From Roseibacillus sp. (lineage in GTDB: Bacteria > Verrucomicrobiota > Verrucomicrobiia > Verrucomicrobiales > Akkermansiaceae): 64,000 nt of DNA. A program made the translations under genes and the position numbers. Shown piece after piece: positions 61,996-64,000 of the stretch. Each line of letters opens with the position of its first letter. Position 1 is the first letter of the stretch. Under the pieces are notes generated by a model. It was not told the DNA's origin. It worked only from the letters and a program-made list of their open reading frames with translations, and did no database searches. The stretch is from contig PARF01000060.1 in the NCBI GenBank assembly GCA_002709915.1, positions 45,414 to 109,413 on the forward strand, read 5' to 3'.

Positions 61996-62808
61996 ATGCT
62001 TCCCCCGATGACCCCTCGCGAGCGTCTTCTAATGATCGCACCCGGCGTGCTTTTCCTTGTCGCTTTTGGCTCATTCGAAATCGGTCGCTTCGCAAGCCGC
62101 AAGGAAGCCGAACGAAGGGTCGCCGCGCAGCAATCAACGAGCGAAACCGAAGATATTTTTGCCGTCCTTCGAAATCCGGACATCGGAAAGCGCCGTTTCC
62201 CCTTTGACCTCCTCGTTAAAAACTCAACGGGAAGGAAGGTAGCTACCTTCGACAAGAAGGATCCTGCATCATCGGCCATTTTAGAAGCAATCAGAGAGGC
62301 TGCTGATCATGCAATGAAGATTCATAGCGAAGAGGGCTCAGCTCTCAGGGGCCTCCGCCGCATCAACGAAGGATCACGTTTCTTTGAGGACACTCTCCGA
62401 GAGCATATTGATGCTAATGAAGGTCTTTTCTGCTCGGTCCCTGAAACAGCTGAAGGGAGAGAACAGCGCACTGGATATCCTGATCTCCGGATCGAGCACG
62501 TGGAATCTGGAACGGTGGCTTATCTCGATCCCAAACTCTACGAGGAAAAAAGCCGATCTTCTACCCTTAGGAGCTTCTATTACAAGATGAGCTCAAGCGA
62601 CTCCTCCAAGATCACAGAAGATGCTCATCACCTCCTTCTGGGGTTTTCACATGATGGCGCTGACGGCGAATGGACCTTTCTTAACTGGGAACTACTTGAC
62701 CTCAGCTCCTTAAAAGTAAAGCTGAAGGCAGAATTTCAGGCATCCAACAGCGATCTGTATTCCGGTGAGTTAGTGATCGGATCTTCCTCTGCCCCCAGGG
62801 CCCGCTAG
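61996..62808 (+). CDS. Hypothetical N-terminally anchored protein with a PD-(D/E)xK-like motif
   Basis: The ORF has a hydrophobic N-terminus (LLMIAPGVLFLVAFGSF). It contains GYPDLRIEHVESGTVAYLDPKLY (PD..14 aa..DPK). The start is uncertain (GTG 61918, ATG 61996 or ATG 62008). Confidence 0.4.
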   Translation: MLPPMTPRERLLMIAPGVLFLVAFGSFEIGRFASRKEAERRVAAQQSTSETEDIFAVLRNPDIGKRRFPFDLLVKNSTGRKVATFDKKDPASSAILEAIREAADHAMKIHSEEGSALRGLRRINEGSRFFEDTLREHIDANEGLFCSVPETAEGREQRTGYPDLRIEHVESGTVAYLDPKLYEEKSRSSTLRSFYYKMSSSDSSKITEDAHHLLLGFSHDGADGEWTFLNWELLDLSSLKVKLKAEFQASNSDLYSGELVIGSSSAPRAR

Positions 62809-62874
62809 AAACCATCTCCACGAATTCTCGTGAAATTCCGTGCGCGCTCCGAAATACCCAGTTAGCTTTTCTGA

Positions 62875-63309
62875 GTGGGATCTCATGCTTCCAGAACCAG
62901 CGGCAGCGTCGCCAAGGACGACTATCTTGAGCAAATCCTGCATCTCATAGAAGAAAAGGGATATGCCAGACCTGTTGACATCTCTCAACGCCTTGGCATC
63001 TCTCAGGCCAGTGTTACAAACATGCTTCAGCGCCTCGACTCGGAGGGTCTGGTGAAACACGAAAAGTATCGAGGCACGGCCTTGACTCCAGAGGGGGAGC
63101 AAATTGCAAAAGCAATCATGGACCGGCACAAACTCCTGACCGAGTTCCTCAGGTTTTTTGACATCAACGAAGATACCATCTACCGGGATGTGGAAGGGAT
63201 GGAACATCATGTCTCAAGAGCCACCCTCAGCGCTCTCCGGGCAGTTACCGAGACGCTCCAGAAGAATCCCGAATTTCGCCGACAAGTCCTTGATCGACTG
63301 GGCAAGTAA
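62875..63309 (+). CDS. mntR: Metal-dependent transcriptional regulator, MntR/DtxR family
   Basis: DDYLEQILHLIEEKGYARPVDISQRLGISQASVTNMLQRLDSEGLV..LTPEGEQIAKAIMDRHKLLTEFL..EGMEHHVS. GTG start. Confidence 0.85.
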   Translation: MGSHASRTSGSVAKDDYLEQILHLIEEKGYARPVDISQRLGISQASVTNMLQRLDSEGLVKHEKYRGTALTPEGEQIAKAIMDRHKLLTEFLRFFDINEDTIYRDVEGMEHHVSRATLSALRAVTETLQKNPEFRRQVLDRLGK

Positions 63310-63424
63310 CCTGACCGACTCGTCACACGTCATTCACTGATCTCCGCTCACTTTATTCTCCCTTGTCTCCAGACGCTACCATGGTTGACAGATTGAGCTA
63401 TGAGATCTCAACTAGGGGTCACGT

Positions 63425-63946
63425 ATGACTTGGGACGAAGAATTCACCACCATGTTTGATCGCTGCGTCGGAATCTACCGGAGCGGCAATACCGACTTCG
63501 AGAGCTACTACAGCGAAAATGATCTGAAATTTCTCAGGAGCATCGGCTGCAAGACTCGAGAACTATTTGACTTCGTTGAGGACCATGTGGACGAAAGCGC
63601 TCCTTCTCCCACTACTGCTCTCTTGATCACGGCAGTTCGCCGTGACTTCCTGCATGTCGTCCAGAATGGTCAAATCAGTGAACATCAGATCACGAGAGAA
63701 GATCTTCCTTCATTTGGAGATACCTTGGGGGAAATTCACTACCTTCCCCGAATCCTTACCAAAGCCCGCGCCAAACTTCGGGGAGAACTGGATCCCGACA
63801 TCATGTATTGCTGTGGCGGAGATCGAAAATTTCTTCGTGAACATGGAATCCACCCGGCTGATTTTCTTCGTCACGTCTGGGCGGCTGACGACAATGACGA
63901 GAAAGTCCTCGAGCTTGTCAGATCTTCGTCTGCGAACAAGCGGTGA
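63425..63946 (+). CDS. DUF5069 domain-containing protein
   Basis: The C-terminal half, GEIHYLPRILTKARAKLRGELDPDIMYCCGGDRKFLREHGIHPADFLRHV, matches the DUF5069 pattern as I recall it. Confidence 0.55.
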   Translation: MTWDEEFTTMFDRCVGIYRSGNTDFESYYSENDLKFLRSIGCKTRELFDFVEDHVDESAPSPTTALLITAVRRDFLHVVQNGQISEHQITREDLPSFGDTLGEIHYLPRILTKARAKLRGELDPDIMYCCGGDRKFLREHGIHPADFLRHVWAADDNDEKVLELVRSSSANKR

Positions 63947-64000
63947 GCAGTTGGGAGGCTTCGCTAGTTTTTAACAGCTGTTCCCATTTAGCCTGTGATT

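Noticed and set aside
62819-62832. The inverted repeat CACGA-attc-TCGTG upstream of mntR, considered as a possible MntR operator.
   Set aside because: It has only 5-bp arms and no similarity to the MntR or DtxR operators I remember. It could equally be a weak terminator of the upstream ORF.

Overview
This is a densely coding 64-kb chromosomal window in which I support 40 CDSs, one tRNA and one regulatory site. I found no rRNA, CRISPR array, transposase, integrase or phage genes by eye.

Gene content points to a PVC-superphylum bacterium, most likely Verrucomicrobiota (Opitutae-like). The pointers are a PVC-type membrane-bound-dehydrogenase plus HEAT protein, a giant CotH / lamin-tail-domain protein, a GldG-like plus DUF4340 ABC cluster, Ste24-like and ERMP1-like peptidases, and a perfect TGTTC-N4-GAACA palindrome upstream of a mutagenesis cassette. 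This is an inference, not a database hit.

Layout, left to right:
- LexA-box-controlled imuA-imuB-dnaE2 cassette, ending next to a tRNA-Thr(UGU)
- ald
- A long minus-strand run: sucA, sucB, DUF368, GbsR-like regulator, AI-2E transporter, ctaA, MFS
- ABC-2 ATPase, permease, GldG-like and DUF4340 cluster
- brnT-brnA toxin-antitoxin pair, overlapping vanZ and followed by ligA
- LamG, beta-propeller and HEAT secreted protein
- A 12.7-kb minus-strand cluster: giant CotH/LTD/cadherin-like protein, class B PBP, small beta-rich protein, SDR, membrane-anchored GH75-like protein
- Ste24-like M48 peptidase, translationally coupled to an unknown helical protein
- ykgJ-like gene and a lipoprotein amidase
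- mfd, PPIase, coaD, cstA
- UvrD-family helicase and AGCS symporter
- Polytopic M28 peptidase
- clpB
- Orphan protein with a PD-(D/E)xK-like motif
- mntR and DUF5069

I see no clear-cut novel defence or mobile system. The best candidates for follow-up are:
- the giant-CotH / PBP / GH75-like cluster
- the toxin-antitoxin pair fused to vanZ-ligA
- the SOS-box and tRNA-flanked mutagenesis cassette
- the orphan nuclease-fold protein

All family calls come from motif recognition by eye. Start codons are best guesses and no searches were run.
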